A stretch of DNA of 61,824 bases, counting the filler, from Desulfonatronovibrionaceae bacterium (lineage in GTDB: Bacteria; Desulfobacterota; Desulfovibrionia; Desulfovibrionales; Desulfonatronovibrionaceae), in NCBI GenBank assembly GCA_046539845.1. It is 4 parts of 4 records of this genome, joined end to end, with 100 filler letters (N's around TTAATTAATTAA, not from the genome) between each part and the next. Parts side by side here need not be neighbours in the genome. Positions count along the whole stretch, not along the records: positions 1 to 15,822 come from JBKHGE010000045.1; positions 15,923 to 31,624 come from JBKHGE010000046.1; 2 more parts are not named here. The stretch is one strand, 5' to 3'. The position numbers were made by a program, and so were the translations under genes. Under the pieces are notes generated by a model. The model was not told the origin of the DNA and did no database searches. It was given only the letters and a program-made list of their open reading frames with translations. Numbering within the stretch: position 1 is the first letter of the stretch; each line of letters starts with the position of its first letter. Shown piece by piece: positions 11,120-19,290 of this stretch.

Positions 11120-12498
11120 AATATCTGTTCTATCAGCCGCGCAAGGTGCAGCCCACCGTGGCCCGGGCCAAGGGGATATACATGTGGGACACCACCGGCA
11201 AGAGGTATCTGGACGGCTCCTCCGGAGCGGTGGTGAACAACATCGGCCACGGGAACAAGCAGATCATGGCCGCTATCGAGCGCCAGTCGCAGCGCACCTT
11301 TTTCGCCTACCGCACCCAGTTCGAAAACCAGCCCTCCAAGGACCTGGCCCGGGTGCTGGTGGAAAATACCGCCCCGCATCTAAACCGGGTGTTTTACGTC
11401 TCCGGCGGCTCGGAAGCGGTGGAGTCGGCCATGAAGGCCTGCCGGCAATATTTCTTTAATCTGGGCGAGGGCTCCAGGTATAAATTCATAAGCCGTGTCC
11501 CGTCCTATCACGGCTCCACCCTGGGCGCGCTCGCCCTGACCTCCTACTCTCCCCTGGAAGTGGCCTTTAAGCCCCTGGTGGCGGATTATCCCAAGATCCC
11601 GGCCCCGACCTGCTACCGCTGCGCCTATCACCAGGAGTATCCAAGCTGCGAGCTGGAATGCGCCTGGGCTTTGGAAAAAGTCATCCTGGAACAGGGTCCG
11701 GAGAACATCGCCGGTTTCGTGGCCGAGCCCGTGGGCGGGGCCAGTACCGGCGCCCTGGTTCCCCCGGATGAGTACTTCGGCATAATCCAGCATATCTGCC
11801 GCAAATACGGCATCCTTTTGATCCTGGACGAGGTCATGACCGGTTTCGGTCGCACCGGCCGCATGTTCGCCTATGAGCACTGGGGGGTGGAGGCGGATAT
11901 AATCGCCCTGTCCAAGGGCATCGCTTCCGGGTATTACCCCCTGGGCGCGATTGTGACCACCGAGGAGATAGTGGATGTGATCGTTAACCGGGGGGGGTTC
12001 GCACACGGCCATACCTATGCCGGCAACCCTATGGCTTGCACCGTGGGTCTGGAGGTTATCAACATCCTGCGCAAGGAGAAGCTGCCTCAAAACGCGGAGC
12101 AGGTAGGGCGGCAGCTTTTGCAGGGGCTAAGGGGCCTGCAGAAGAAATTCCCTATGATCGGAGATGTGCGCGGGCTGGGTTTGTTGACCGCCCTGGAGCT
12201 GGTCCGGGACCGCGGCACCCGAGAGCCCTTTCCCCCGGAATGGAACCTAGCCATGCTGCTCACCGAAACCGCCTTTGAAGAGGGGTTGATCATCTACCCC
12301 CGCCGCTCCATAAACGGGCTGTTCGGGGATCATGTCCTGGTCGCCCCGCCGCTTATTACCACCCCGGAGCAGATAAAAGAAATCCTGACTAAGCTGGAAC
12401 GGTCCCTGAAGCGCACCTCCGAACAATTGACCCGGATGGAGGGGGCCCTGGGCGAGCAAAAGGAAGCCTCCATCCCGGCCACTCCGTTTTACCGCTGA
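10165..12498 (+). CDS. Fusion of a catalytically degenerate IS481-family transposase (aa 1-~318) and a class III PLP aminotransferase (YodT-like)
   Basis: GTG start with AGGAG RBS; N-half RTTP, TIRKWRKR, LSLDD, SRSSLDRLLRRYGV, LFLAVDRAT, YN..IP..TP..PELF; C-half YLDGSSGAV, SGGSEA, YHG, DEVMTGFGRTG, ALSKG (PLP Lys), GHTY. Confidence 0.9.
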   Translation: MALILRSKTRTTPAIRQYIQESDKSVGELAGELNLSESTIRKWRKRAEGYDASRRKRVHRTMFTPMQELIIIEIRRLLLLSLDDMLTVVRTFIHPSCSRSSLDRLLRRYGVCRLGDLIPDPEDYNRVIKQYKHYLPGFMRIHERTLPLVQESDCRRHLFLAVDRATSWLYMETRKDESPASAAAFLKNLEEKTPFRLRRILTCDRKLFGGRDPQENEFSSACRELGVQQHFYHSRASSSPQPLPDFPSSSMNGSPETFTSGRDIEKRLLSHCYVYNNHIPLRSKGSRTPQEVLQAFYQYYPELFSQNPQEMVAYPDQDKYLFYQPRKVQPTVARAKGIYMWDTTGKRYLDGSSGAVVNNIGHGNKQIMAAIERQSQRTFFAYRTQFENQPSKDLARVLVENTAPHLNRVFYVSGGSEAVESAMKACRQYFFNLGEGSRYKFISRVPSYHGSTLGALALTSYSPLEVAFKPLVADYPKIPAPTCYRCAYHQEYPSCELECAWALEKVILEQGPENIAGFVAEPVGGASTGALVPPDEYFGIIQHICRKYGILLILDEVMTGFGRTGRMFAYEHWGVEADIIALSKGIASGYYPLGAIVTTEEIVDVIVNRGGFAHGHTYAGNPMACTVGLEVINILRKEKLPQNAEQVGRQLLQGLRGLQKKFPMIGDVRGLGLLTALELVRDRGTREPFPPEWNLAMLLTETAFEEGLIIYPRRSINGLFGDHVLVAPPLITTPEQIKEILTKLERSLKRTSEQLTRMEGALGEQKEASIPATPFYR

Positions 12499-12551
12499 GA
12501 AAAGGAATGTTTGGCTTCTTAAGACTGGACCCAGGAGACTTATCCATACAA

Positions 12552-12586
12552 CCCGGTCAAAAAACAAGAAAGTTTGAACCGCCAAG
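12552..12586 (+). repeat. Intergenic repeat copy 1
   Basis: CCCGGTCAAAAAACAAGAAAGTTTGAACCGCCAAG, near-identical to 15491-15526. Confidence 0.75.
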
Positions 12587-12643
12587 ACCCCAAAGACACG
12601 CAGTTTAAGACAGCAAAAAATTCTGCAAATAACAGGAAAATCC

Positions 12644-13339
12644 ATGACCGACAAAACAACCGCGCCCGAAAAGGCCCTGGCCCGAATAAAGGATAACTCC
12701 TCGGTCATGATCGGGGGCTTCGGCGCCCCGGGCACCCCATTCACCTTGATCCGGGAGCTTCTGAAGCAGAACCCCGCCCGACTGAGATTGATCAAAAACG
12801 ACGCCAACGAAGAAGGCATGGGTATCTCCCTCCTCTTCGAGGCCGGATGCGCGGACAAATTCGTGGTCTCGCACATGGGTTTGAACAACCGGGTCATTAA
12901 GATGATGAACCAGGGCAAAATTTATGTGCAGATGTTCCCCCAGGGGATAATGGCCGAGAAGATCCGGGCCGGAGGAGCCGGGATCCCGGCTTTTCTGACC
13001 GACATAGGCCTGGATACAGTCTTGAGAAAAGAGCGGCAGACAGTGACCCACCAGGGAAGAGAATACATACTCGAGCCTGCGCTGCGTGCGGACTTCGCCC
13101 TGATTCACGCCGAAGAAGCGGACGCCTTCGGCAACTTGCGCTTCACCAAGACCGCCCGCAACTTCAGCCCGCTCATGGCCATGGCCGCGGACACGGTTAT
13201 TGTCGAGGCCTTTGACATCCATCCCGCCGGGGCCCTGGATCCGGATTGCATCCATCTCCCGGGCGCATTCGTGGACCATGTGGTCTGTGTTGATCGCCGG
13301 GGAGCAGACTATCAGGTATTGAGTCATCATGCACTATAA
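12644..13339 (+). CDS. Family I CoA-transferase subunit A (YodS/AtoD-like)
   Basis: MIGGFG, PQG.MAEKIRAGGAGIPAF, ADAFGNL, ARNF.P.MAMAA. Confidence 0.93.
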   Translation: MTDKTTAPEKALARIKDNSSVMIGGFGAPGTPFTLIRELLKQNPARLRLIKNDANEEGMGISLLFEAGCADKFVVSHMGLNNRVIKMMNQGKIYVQMFPQGIMAEKIRAGGAGIPAFLTDIGLDTVLRKERQTVTHQGREYILEPALRADFALIHAEEADAFGNLRFTKTARNFSPLMAMAADTVIVEAFDIHPAGALDPDCIHLPGAFVDHVVCVDRRGADYQVLSHHAL

Positions 13340-13979
13340 GGAAAAAATCGCCGCCAGAGCGGCCAAGGAGCTGAAAAACGGGCAAATCGTCAATTTGGGC
13401 ATCGGTCTGCCCACCTTGATTTTGGAACACCTCCCGGCTGGGGTGGAGGTCTTTGTCCACTCGGAAAACGGGATCCTGGGCATGGGCAAACGCTGCCGGG
13501 AAGAAGAAGCCGACCCCATGCTCATAGACTCCGGCGGGAGCTATATATTCAGCCGAACCGGGGCCTCGTTTTTCGATTCCGCGCTTTCCTTTTCCCTGGT
13601 CAGGGGCGGGCGGCTGGACGTAGCCGTCCTGGGCACCCTGGAGGTGGCCGAAAACGGGGACCTGGCCAACTGGATCATCCCTGGCAAATTCGCTCCGGGC
13701 ATCGGTGGGGGGATGGAGCTGGCCCAGAAGGCGCGCAGGCTGATCGTGACCACCGCGCACACCACGCGCAAAGGCGATCCGAAGATACTCCCGGAGTGCA
13801 CCCTGCCCGTGACCGCCAAAGGATGTGTGGACCTTATCATCACCGAGCTGGCTGTATTCGCGGTAGAGGACAAAAGGCTTTTTCTGCGCGAACTGGCCCG
13901 GGAGGCAGACCTGGATGATGTCCTGGAAAAGACCGGAGCGGAGGTGGTCGTACCCCAAGGAGATATTCCGGTATTTTGA
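13329..13979 (+). CDS. Family I CoA-transferase subunit B (YodR/AtoA-like)
   Basis: VNLGIGLPT, catalytic HSENG, GDLANW, GIGGGMEL; overlaps end of subunit A. Confidence 0.93.
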   Translation: MHYKEKIAARAAKELKNGQIVNLGIGLPTLILEHLPAGVEVFVHSENGILGMGKRCREEEADPMLIDSGGSYIFSRTGASFFDSALSFSLVRGGRLDVAVLGTLEVAENGDLANWIIPGKFAPGIGGGMELAQKARRLIVTTAHTTRKGDPKILPECTLPVTAKGCVDLIITELAVFAVEDKRLFLRELAREADLDDVLEKTGAEVVVPQGDIPVF

Positions 13980-14176
13980 ACCATGGCAGTCCAGTTCATC
14001 GGGAGATCAGTCTTAAAATAATCTGCCTGCTGGCCATACATTTTCAGCAGGCCGGACTCAAGACGCTATAGGCACGCCAAGGGGGAATACTTACGATTTG
14101 CCCAAAACTCTGCTCGCTAAAGACACACAAAATCAATGCCCGAATACGACACAGAAACCACCTACTCGGGGGAAAT

Positions 14177-15442
14177 ATGGATAGTCGGGAGCAAAAAATA
14201 ACAGCCGCGGTGGATGAACTTGCACCGCAGATAATCGATTTCACCGCCCGCTTGGCTGCGGAGCCGAGCACGCTGGGAAACGAACTCGGGGCCCTGGGGC
14301 TCATGGAGTCCGAGCTGGATAAATTGTCTCTGCCGGTACGCCGTATCCACATTGATTATAGTACACTTTCCGGACATCCCGGCTACGCCCCGGCGCCCTG
14401 GGCCGAGCCCGGCAGATACTGCCTGGTGAGCGAACTCCCCGGGACCTCCGACAAAGGGCGTAGCCTGATCTTTAACGGACATTTGGATGTTGTGGCCGCG
14501 GACCCCAAACAATGGGACACCGCCCCTTTTATCCCCCAAAGGCGGCAAAACCGCATGTTCGGCCGGGGGACCGGAGACATGAAGGCCGGGGTAGCGGCCA
14601 TGCTCTATGCCGCTTATGCCGTACGCCGGGCCGGATTCCACCTGAGGGGCCCCCTGACCCTGGAAGCGGTCATCGAGGAGGAATGCTCCGGAAACGGGGC
14701 CCTGGCCTGCCGGGCAGCCGGAATTGACGCGGATGCGGTTTTGATCCCGGAACCGTTTGGGCCCAGATTGTATACCGCCCAAGTCGGGGTATGCTGGTTC
14801 AAAGTAAGCGTAAGCGGCCGGCCAGTGCATGTCCAGGAGGCCGGGGCCGGGGCCAACGCCCTGGAAAAATGCTTCCCCCTAATCCAGGCTTTGCGGAAGA
14901 TGGAAAAAGAGATGAATGCCGCTCCCCTGCCCGGGCCGTACTCGGATCTCAAACATCCCCTGAATCTGAATATCGGCATGCTCTTTGGGGGGGACTGGCC
15001 GTCCACCGTAGCAGCCGAGGCCGAATTCCACGGCCGCATGTCCTATCCACCGCAAATGACCTTTGCCCGGATGAAAGATAGGCTACAAGACACAATCAAA
15101 ACGGCCGCGGACCAAGACCCCTGGCTGAAAGCGAACCCGCCCCGGGTGGAGTTCTACGGTTTCCGCTCCGACGGGCACATCCAGAGCCGGGACGTGGAAC
15201 AGCTACAAATACTGGATGAATGCCACCAAGAGTTCTTCCCCGCGCCGGCCGAAGAATACGCCTCCACCTGCACCACCGATCTGCGCGCCTTTTATTCCTT
15301 TGGCCGGGCCCGGGGGTGCTGCTACGGGCCGGTGGCGGAAAACATCCACGGGGTAAACGAATGCGTGAAACTGGATTCTATACTCCACACCGCCAGGGTC
15401 TATGCCCTTTTCGCCGCCCGCTGGTGCGGACTTGAGGAATAA
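14177..15442 (+). CDS. ArgE/DapE-family M20 deacylase (YodQ-like)
   Basis: FNGHLDVV, GRGTGDMKAG, IEEECSGNG, PEP, NIHGVNE. Confidence 0.9.
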   Translation: MDSREQKITAAVDELAPQIIDFTARLAAEPSTLGNELGALGLMESELDKLSLPVRRIHIDYSTLSGHPGYAPAPWAEPGRYCLVSELPGTSDKGRSLIFNGHLDVVAADPKQWDTAPFIPQRRQNRMFGRGTGDMKAGVAAMLYAAYAVRRAGFHLRGPLTLEAVIEEECSGNGALACRAAGIDADAVLIPEPFGPRLYTAQVGVCWFKVSVSGRPVHVQEAGAGANALEKCFPLIQALRKMEKEMNAAPLPGPYSDLKHPLNLNIGMLFGGDWPSTVAAEAEFHGRMSYPPQMTFARMKDRLQDTIKTAADQDPWLKANPPRVEFYGFRSDGHIQSRDVEQLQILDECHQEFFPAPAEEYASTCTTDLRAFYSFGRARGCCYGPVAENIHGVNECVKLDSILHTARVYALFAARWCGLEE

Positions 15443-15490
15443 AAAAACTCCAAAAAATTGGGCCAAAAACTTAATAACTTACTCATGAAG

Positions 15491-15695
15491 CCCGGTCATA
15501 AAAAGCAAAAAGTTTGAACCGCCAAGTCACGAAGTACGCGAAGCTTAAGTCGCGAGGAAGAGATATCGTCCAAAACCGGGTAACGGTTTTGGACCAGGTT
15601 GCCTTTTCATTTGCCGCTACCCGGCAAATGAAAAAAACTTCCTGTCTTCCTTGGCGTCCTTGGCGTCTTGAGAGAGTCTTCGAACGGGCGGTTAA
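15491..15695. repeat. Palindromic REP/MITE-like intergenic element
   Basis: Left arm AACCGCCAAGTCACGAAGTACGCGAAG; right arm CTTGGCGTCCTTGGCGTCTTG...GGCGGTT; central perfect 13-bp hairpin TTTTCATTTGCCG/CGGCAAATGAAAA (15604-15634). Confidence 0.65.
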
Positions 15696-15780
15696 TAATT
15701 TTTCTTGAATCGCGGACAGAGTTTTCTCCGGATCATTATAAAACTTAAAAAGCACTCAGAGATAAAACGGGAGGGAAACA

Positions 15781-15822
15781 ATGCGAGAGGTTGTAATAGC
15801 CGGATATCTGCGTACCCCACAG
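15781..15822 (+). CDS. 5' fragment of a thiolase, cut by contig end
   Basis: GGAGG RBS then MREVVIAGYLRTPQ, a typical thiolase N-terminus; only 14 codons visible. Confidence 0.7.
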
Positions 15823-15922
15823 NNNNNNNNNNNNNNNNNNNNNNNNNNNNNNNNNNNNNNNNNNNNTTAATTAATTAANNNNNNNNNNNNNNNNNNNNNN
15901 NNNNNNNNNNNNNNNNNNNNNN
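15823..15922. other. Artificial contig spacer
   Basis: 44 N + TTAATTAATTAA (six-frame stop) + 44 N. Confidence 0.99.
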
Positions 15923-15926
15923 TGCT

Positions 15927-16313
15927 TTAATGTTTGGGCATCCTTGGCCTGTTAACCTGCTTCGGCTCAGCCGGCCTGAGAACCTGGGCCGGACGCGCCG
16001 GTCGGTTGAGCTGTTTTGGGTCCGCCGGACGCACTACTTGTGCCGGACGAGCCGGCCGGGACAACTGCTTCGGGTCTGAGGGCCTCATATTGTCCTGCGG
16101 CTTTCTGGGCCGGACAGAACCGATCCGGTTTGATCCGGACTTTTTTTTCCCTGCCAGCAAAAGTCTTTGTTTTTTTGTCCCCCATGCAGCCACGTTGTCT
16201 TGTTTTTCCACCTGCGGGTGGGTTGCGGTCCCCGCATTACCATCACCCGGGCTGGGGGCTAGAATAACTGCCGCTAAAAACGCCAAACAGGTTAAAGATA
16301 GTCTTAGGGCCAT
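15927..16313 (-). CDS. Small exported basic Pro/Arg-rich protein with 18-aa tandem repeats
   Basis: AAAGGAGG RBS; hydrophobic signal-like N-terminus; about 2.6 copies of RP[SA][DE]PKQ[LV][SN]RPARPAQV[VL]. Confidence 0.65.
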   Translation of the reverse strand: MALRLSLTCLAFLAAVILAPSPGDGNAGTATHPQVEKQDNVAAWGTKKQRLLLAGKKKSGSNRIGSVRPRKPQDNMRPSDPKQLSRPARPAQVVRPADPKQLNRPARPAQVLRPAEPKQVNRPRMPKH

Positions 16314-16778
16314 AACATCCTCCTTTGATCCTGAGCGGATCGGATAATTGGTTGCCGGCCGGACACCGTTGCGGAGGAGTTAAGGCTGGCTGTTAGGACG
16401 GTGGTGTATAGGGCAACTGATTTATCCGGCTGACTGGGAAATTAGACTTCATTAAACTAATATCTTTTTTCTCTGGAGAAAGGCAAGCCTATTTTAGATA
16501 GTCCTGTAAAATTTTTTGCCTGTCTACCCTGAACGGATACAAGGGACAGACCCTTGAATCGCATCTCCGGTTGACCCCGGAGACCTGCAGACAAGCCTAA
16601 AAAGGCCTCGGCAGGAGACAAAATAAAGATTATGGTCCTTGATTATACCAGTCCGTAACCCTCGGCTGGCCCCCGGGCGAGCAAAGGAGATTATTTTGAA
16701 GTTAAAAGCCACCCCAGGCCTGTTCTCCTTTTGCCCTGCCAGGCATTTTGTCCCCGGGGTAGCAGATATAAAAGCCGC

Positions 16779-18104
16779 CTAAAGTCCGGTTTGGGCCCGC
16801 CATTCTTGCATGGCCTTATCCGCCCTTTCCGCATGCAGCTCCTTGCGCTTGGCCTTTTTGGCCCGGACGTTTAGGGGAGGAAACAGCCCGAAATGGACAT
16901 TGGATGGCTGGAACCTCCTCGCCGGGGTCCGCAGATGACCCATAAGCGCGCCCAAGGCGGTTTCGGCCGGGATATCCGGAAAAAAAGTCCTTTTCAGTTC
17001 CCGGCCCAGACTAAGACCGAGCCAGAGACCGCAGGCGGCAGACTCTACATACCCCTCCACCCCGGTGATCTGACCGGCCAGATAGACGCCGGGCTTGGTT
17101 TTCAGCTGCAGACGGCGGTCCAAAACCCGGGGGGCGTTTACATAGGTGTTCCTGTGGATGCTGCCCAGACGCAAAAACTCCGCCCCCTCCAGCCCGGGGA
17201 TCATCCGAAACACCCTTTTTTGTTCCGGATAAGTGAGCTTGGTCTGGCAGCCGACCAGGTTGAGCGCGGATTTTTCTGCATTTTCTGGCCTGAGCTGCAA
17301 AACAGCAAACGGCTCCTTTCTGGTACGGGGATCAGCGAGTCCCACCGGCTTAAACGGACCAAAGGCCAAGGTCATGTCCCCCCTGGAGGCCATAGTCTCA
17401 ATGGGCAGACAGCCCTCGAAATGGATTTCCTTTTCAAATTCCCGGGGCGCGACCTGCCCGGCCTTTAGGAGCTCCCGTAAAAACCGGAAATACTCCTGTT
17501 CGGTAAAGGGGCAGTTCAGGTAGTCTTTTTCCTCCGGGGCATAGCGGGAGGCCCAAAACGCCTTGTCTTTATCCACCGAATCCGTACTCACTATGGGAGC
17601 GATGGCATCGTAAAAATAAAGGGACTCTTCTCCCACGGCCTGCATCAGGCTTCTGCTCATATCCGCAGAAGCAAGCGGCCCGGCAGAAACTATAATCCAG
17701 TCGAATCCGGTCAGCCCGGGGTCGTCCAGTCCGGATATCTCCTTTCGGACCACGCGGATTGTCTCCTCTTTATCAATGGACTCGGAGATAAAAGAGCTGA
17801 AATGCTTACGGTCTACGGCCAGGGCCTTTCCGGCCGGGACCCGATTTTTTTCCGCAGCATACATGAACAAGCTGCCAAGCTGGCGCATTTCCCGTTTCAA
17901 AACCCCGACGCCGGTCGCGGGTTCGTTGGAACGAAAGGAATTGGAGCATACTAGCTCGGCCAGGTATTCGGATTCATGCGCCGGGGAGAACTTTACCGGT
18001 TTCATTTCAAAAACGGTTACGGGTACGTCCTGGCGGGCAAGCTGCCAGGCGACCTCACACCCGGCCAGCCCTCCGCCGATAATGGCCACTTTATTTTTCT
18101 CCAC
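16779..18104 (-). CDS. trmFO: tRNA-(uracil-54)-methyltransferase TrmFO
   Basis: GGGLAGCE, ELVCSNS, VPAGKALAVDR, FYDAIAPIV, FEGCLPIE, AGQITGVEGYVES. Confidence 0.97.
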   Translation of the reverse strand: MEKNKVAIIGGGLAGCEVAWQLARQDVPVTVFEMKPVKFSPAHESEYLAELVCSNSFRSNEPATGVGVLKREMRQLGSLFMYAAEKNRVPAGKALAVDRKHFSSFISESIDKEETIRVVRKEISGLDDPGLTGFDWIIVSAGPLASADMSRSLMQAVGEESLYFYDAIAPIVSTDSVDKDKAFWASRYAPEEKDYLNCPFTEQEYFRFLRELLKAGQVAPREFEKEIHFEGCLPIETMASRGDMTLAFGPFKPVGLADPRTRKEPFAVLQLRPENAEKSALNLVGCQTKLTYPEQKRVFRMIPGLEGAEFLRLGSIHRNTYVNAPRVLDRRLQLKTKPGVYLAGQITGVEGYVESAACGLWLGLSLGRELKRTFFPDIPAETALGALMGHLRTPARRFQPSNVHFGLFPPLNVRAKKAKRKELHAERADKAMQEWRAQTGL

Positions 18105-18312
18105 TATTTTTTACCCTGCTTATCTTCGAAATTAACTGAAATAAAATAATAAATGTAACAATTACTGCTTGCAACCCTGGTTTCTATCTGGTTCATTTAA
18201 AAGTCATACATAAAGTCCCTATATTGTCCACAACCGAAACCGGTTTTGGACAAGTTGACGCCCTGTTTCATCACCTGTATCCAGGTGTCAACCCGGAACA
18301 ACTCGAGCACTG

Positions 18313-19290
18313 ATGCAAACTCTCCTGAGCATAAAAGACTTGGACATAGCCTTTGATCTGGACCAGGGACGGGTCAACGCCCTGGAGGGCGTGAACTTGG
18401 ATATACACCCGGGCGAAACGGTTGGCCTTGTCGGCGAATCCGGGTGCGGCAAAAGCATGCTGGCCTTGTCCATCCTGGGGCTTTTGCCCACTCCCCCCGC
18501 TTCTGTCAGCAAAGGGGAGATCCAATTCAAGGGAGCGGACCTGACCCGGCTCGGAGAAAAAAATCTGCGCCGGATCCGGGGCAATGACATCTCCATGATC
18601 TTCCAGGAGCCCATGACCGCCCTCAACCCGGTATTCAAAGCCGGCGAGCAGGTATCCGAGGTCCTGCGCTGGCACCAGGGGATGTCCAGGGCAGAGGCTC
18701 GGGAGACAGTCCTCGGTCTCTTCCGCGAGGTGGGCATAGCCGAGCCTGAAAAGCGGTATAACTCCTTTCCGCACCAACTAAGCGGGGGCATGCGCCAGAG
18801 AGTGGGCATCGCCATGGCCTTGGCCTGCGAACCCGAGCTCATCCTGGCTGACGAGCCGACCACCGCACTGGATGTGACCATCCAGGCCCATATCCTGGAA
18901 CTTATGCACAAACTGCAGGATAAAACCGGCACCGCAGTGCTGTTCATCACCCATGACCTGGGTCTGGTGGCCCACAATTGCTCCCGGGCGGCGGTCATGT
19001 ACTCCGGCTGGATGGTGGAGGAGGCCAAGATAGGAGAGATCTTCTCTAATCCTCTGCATCCTTATACCCGGGGACTTCTGGGCTCGCTCCCTCATCCGGC
19101 TGCGGACAGGGATCAGGACCTCTCCCCGGTACCCGGGAGCGTGCCTGAACTGGGGAATCTACCCCGAGGCTGCCTGTTCCATCCCCGATGCCCGGAAAAA
19201 AGACCGCAATGTGAAACGCGTATCCCGCGATCCAGTTTCACTGATTCCGGACACATGGTCAAATGTCTACTCTACGGGAAAGAGGCATGA
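18313..19290 (+). CDS. Oligopeptide/dipeptide ABC transporter ATPase (OppD/DppD-like)
   Basis: GESGCGKS, LSGGMRQR, ADEPTTALD, HPYT, C-terminal GC.FHPRC. Confidence 0.93.
   Translation: MQTLLSIKDLDIAFDLDQGRVNALEGVNLDIHPGETVGLVGESGCGKSMLALSILGLLPTPPASVSKGEIQFKGADLTRLGEKNLRRIRGNDISMIFQEPMTALNPVFKAGEQVSEVLRWHQGMSRAEARETVLGLFREVGIAEPEKRYNSFPHQLSGGMRQRVGIAMALACEPELILADEPTTALDVTIQAHILELMHKLQDKTGTAVLFITHDLGLVAHNCSRAAVMYSGWMVEEAKIGEIFSNPLHPYTRGLLGSLPHPAADRDQDLSPVPGSVPELGNLPRGCLFHPRCPEKRPQCETRIPRSSFTDSGHMVKCLLYGKEA

Noticed and set aside
16570..16600. CCCGGAGACCTGC resembling the 3' end of a cobalamin riboswitch
   Set aside because: Upstream conserved core not found and no co-oriented downstream gene
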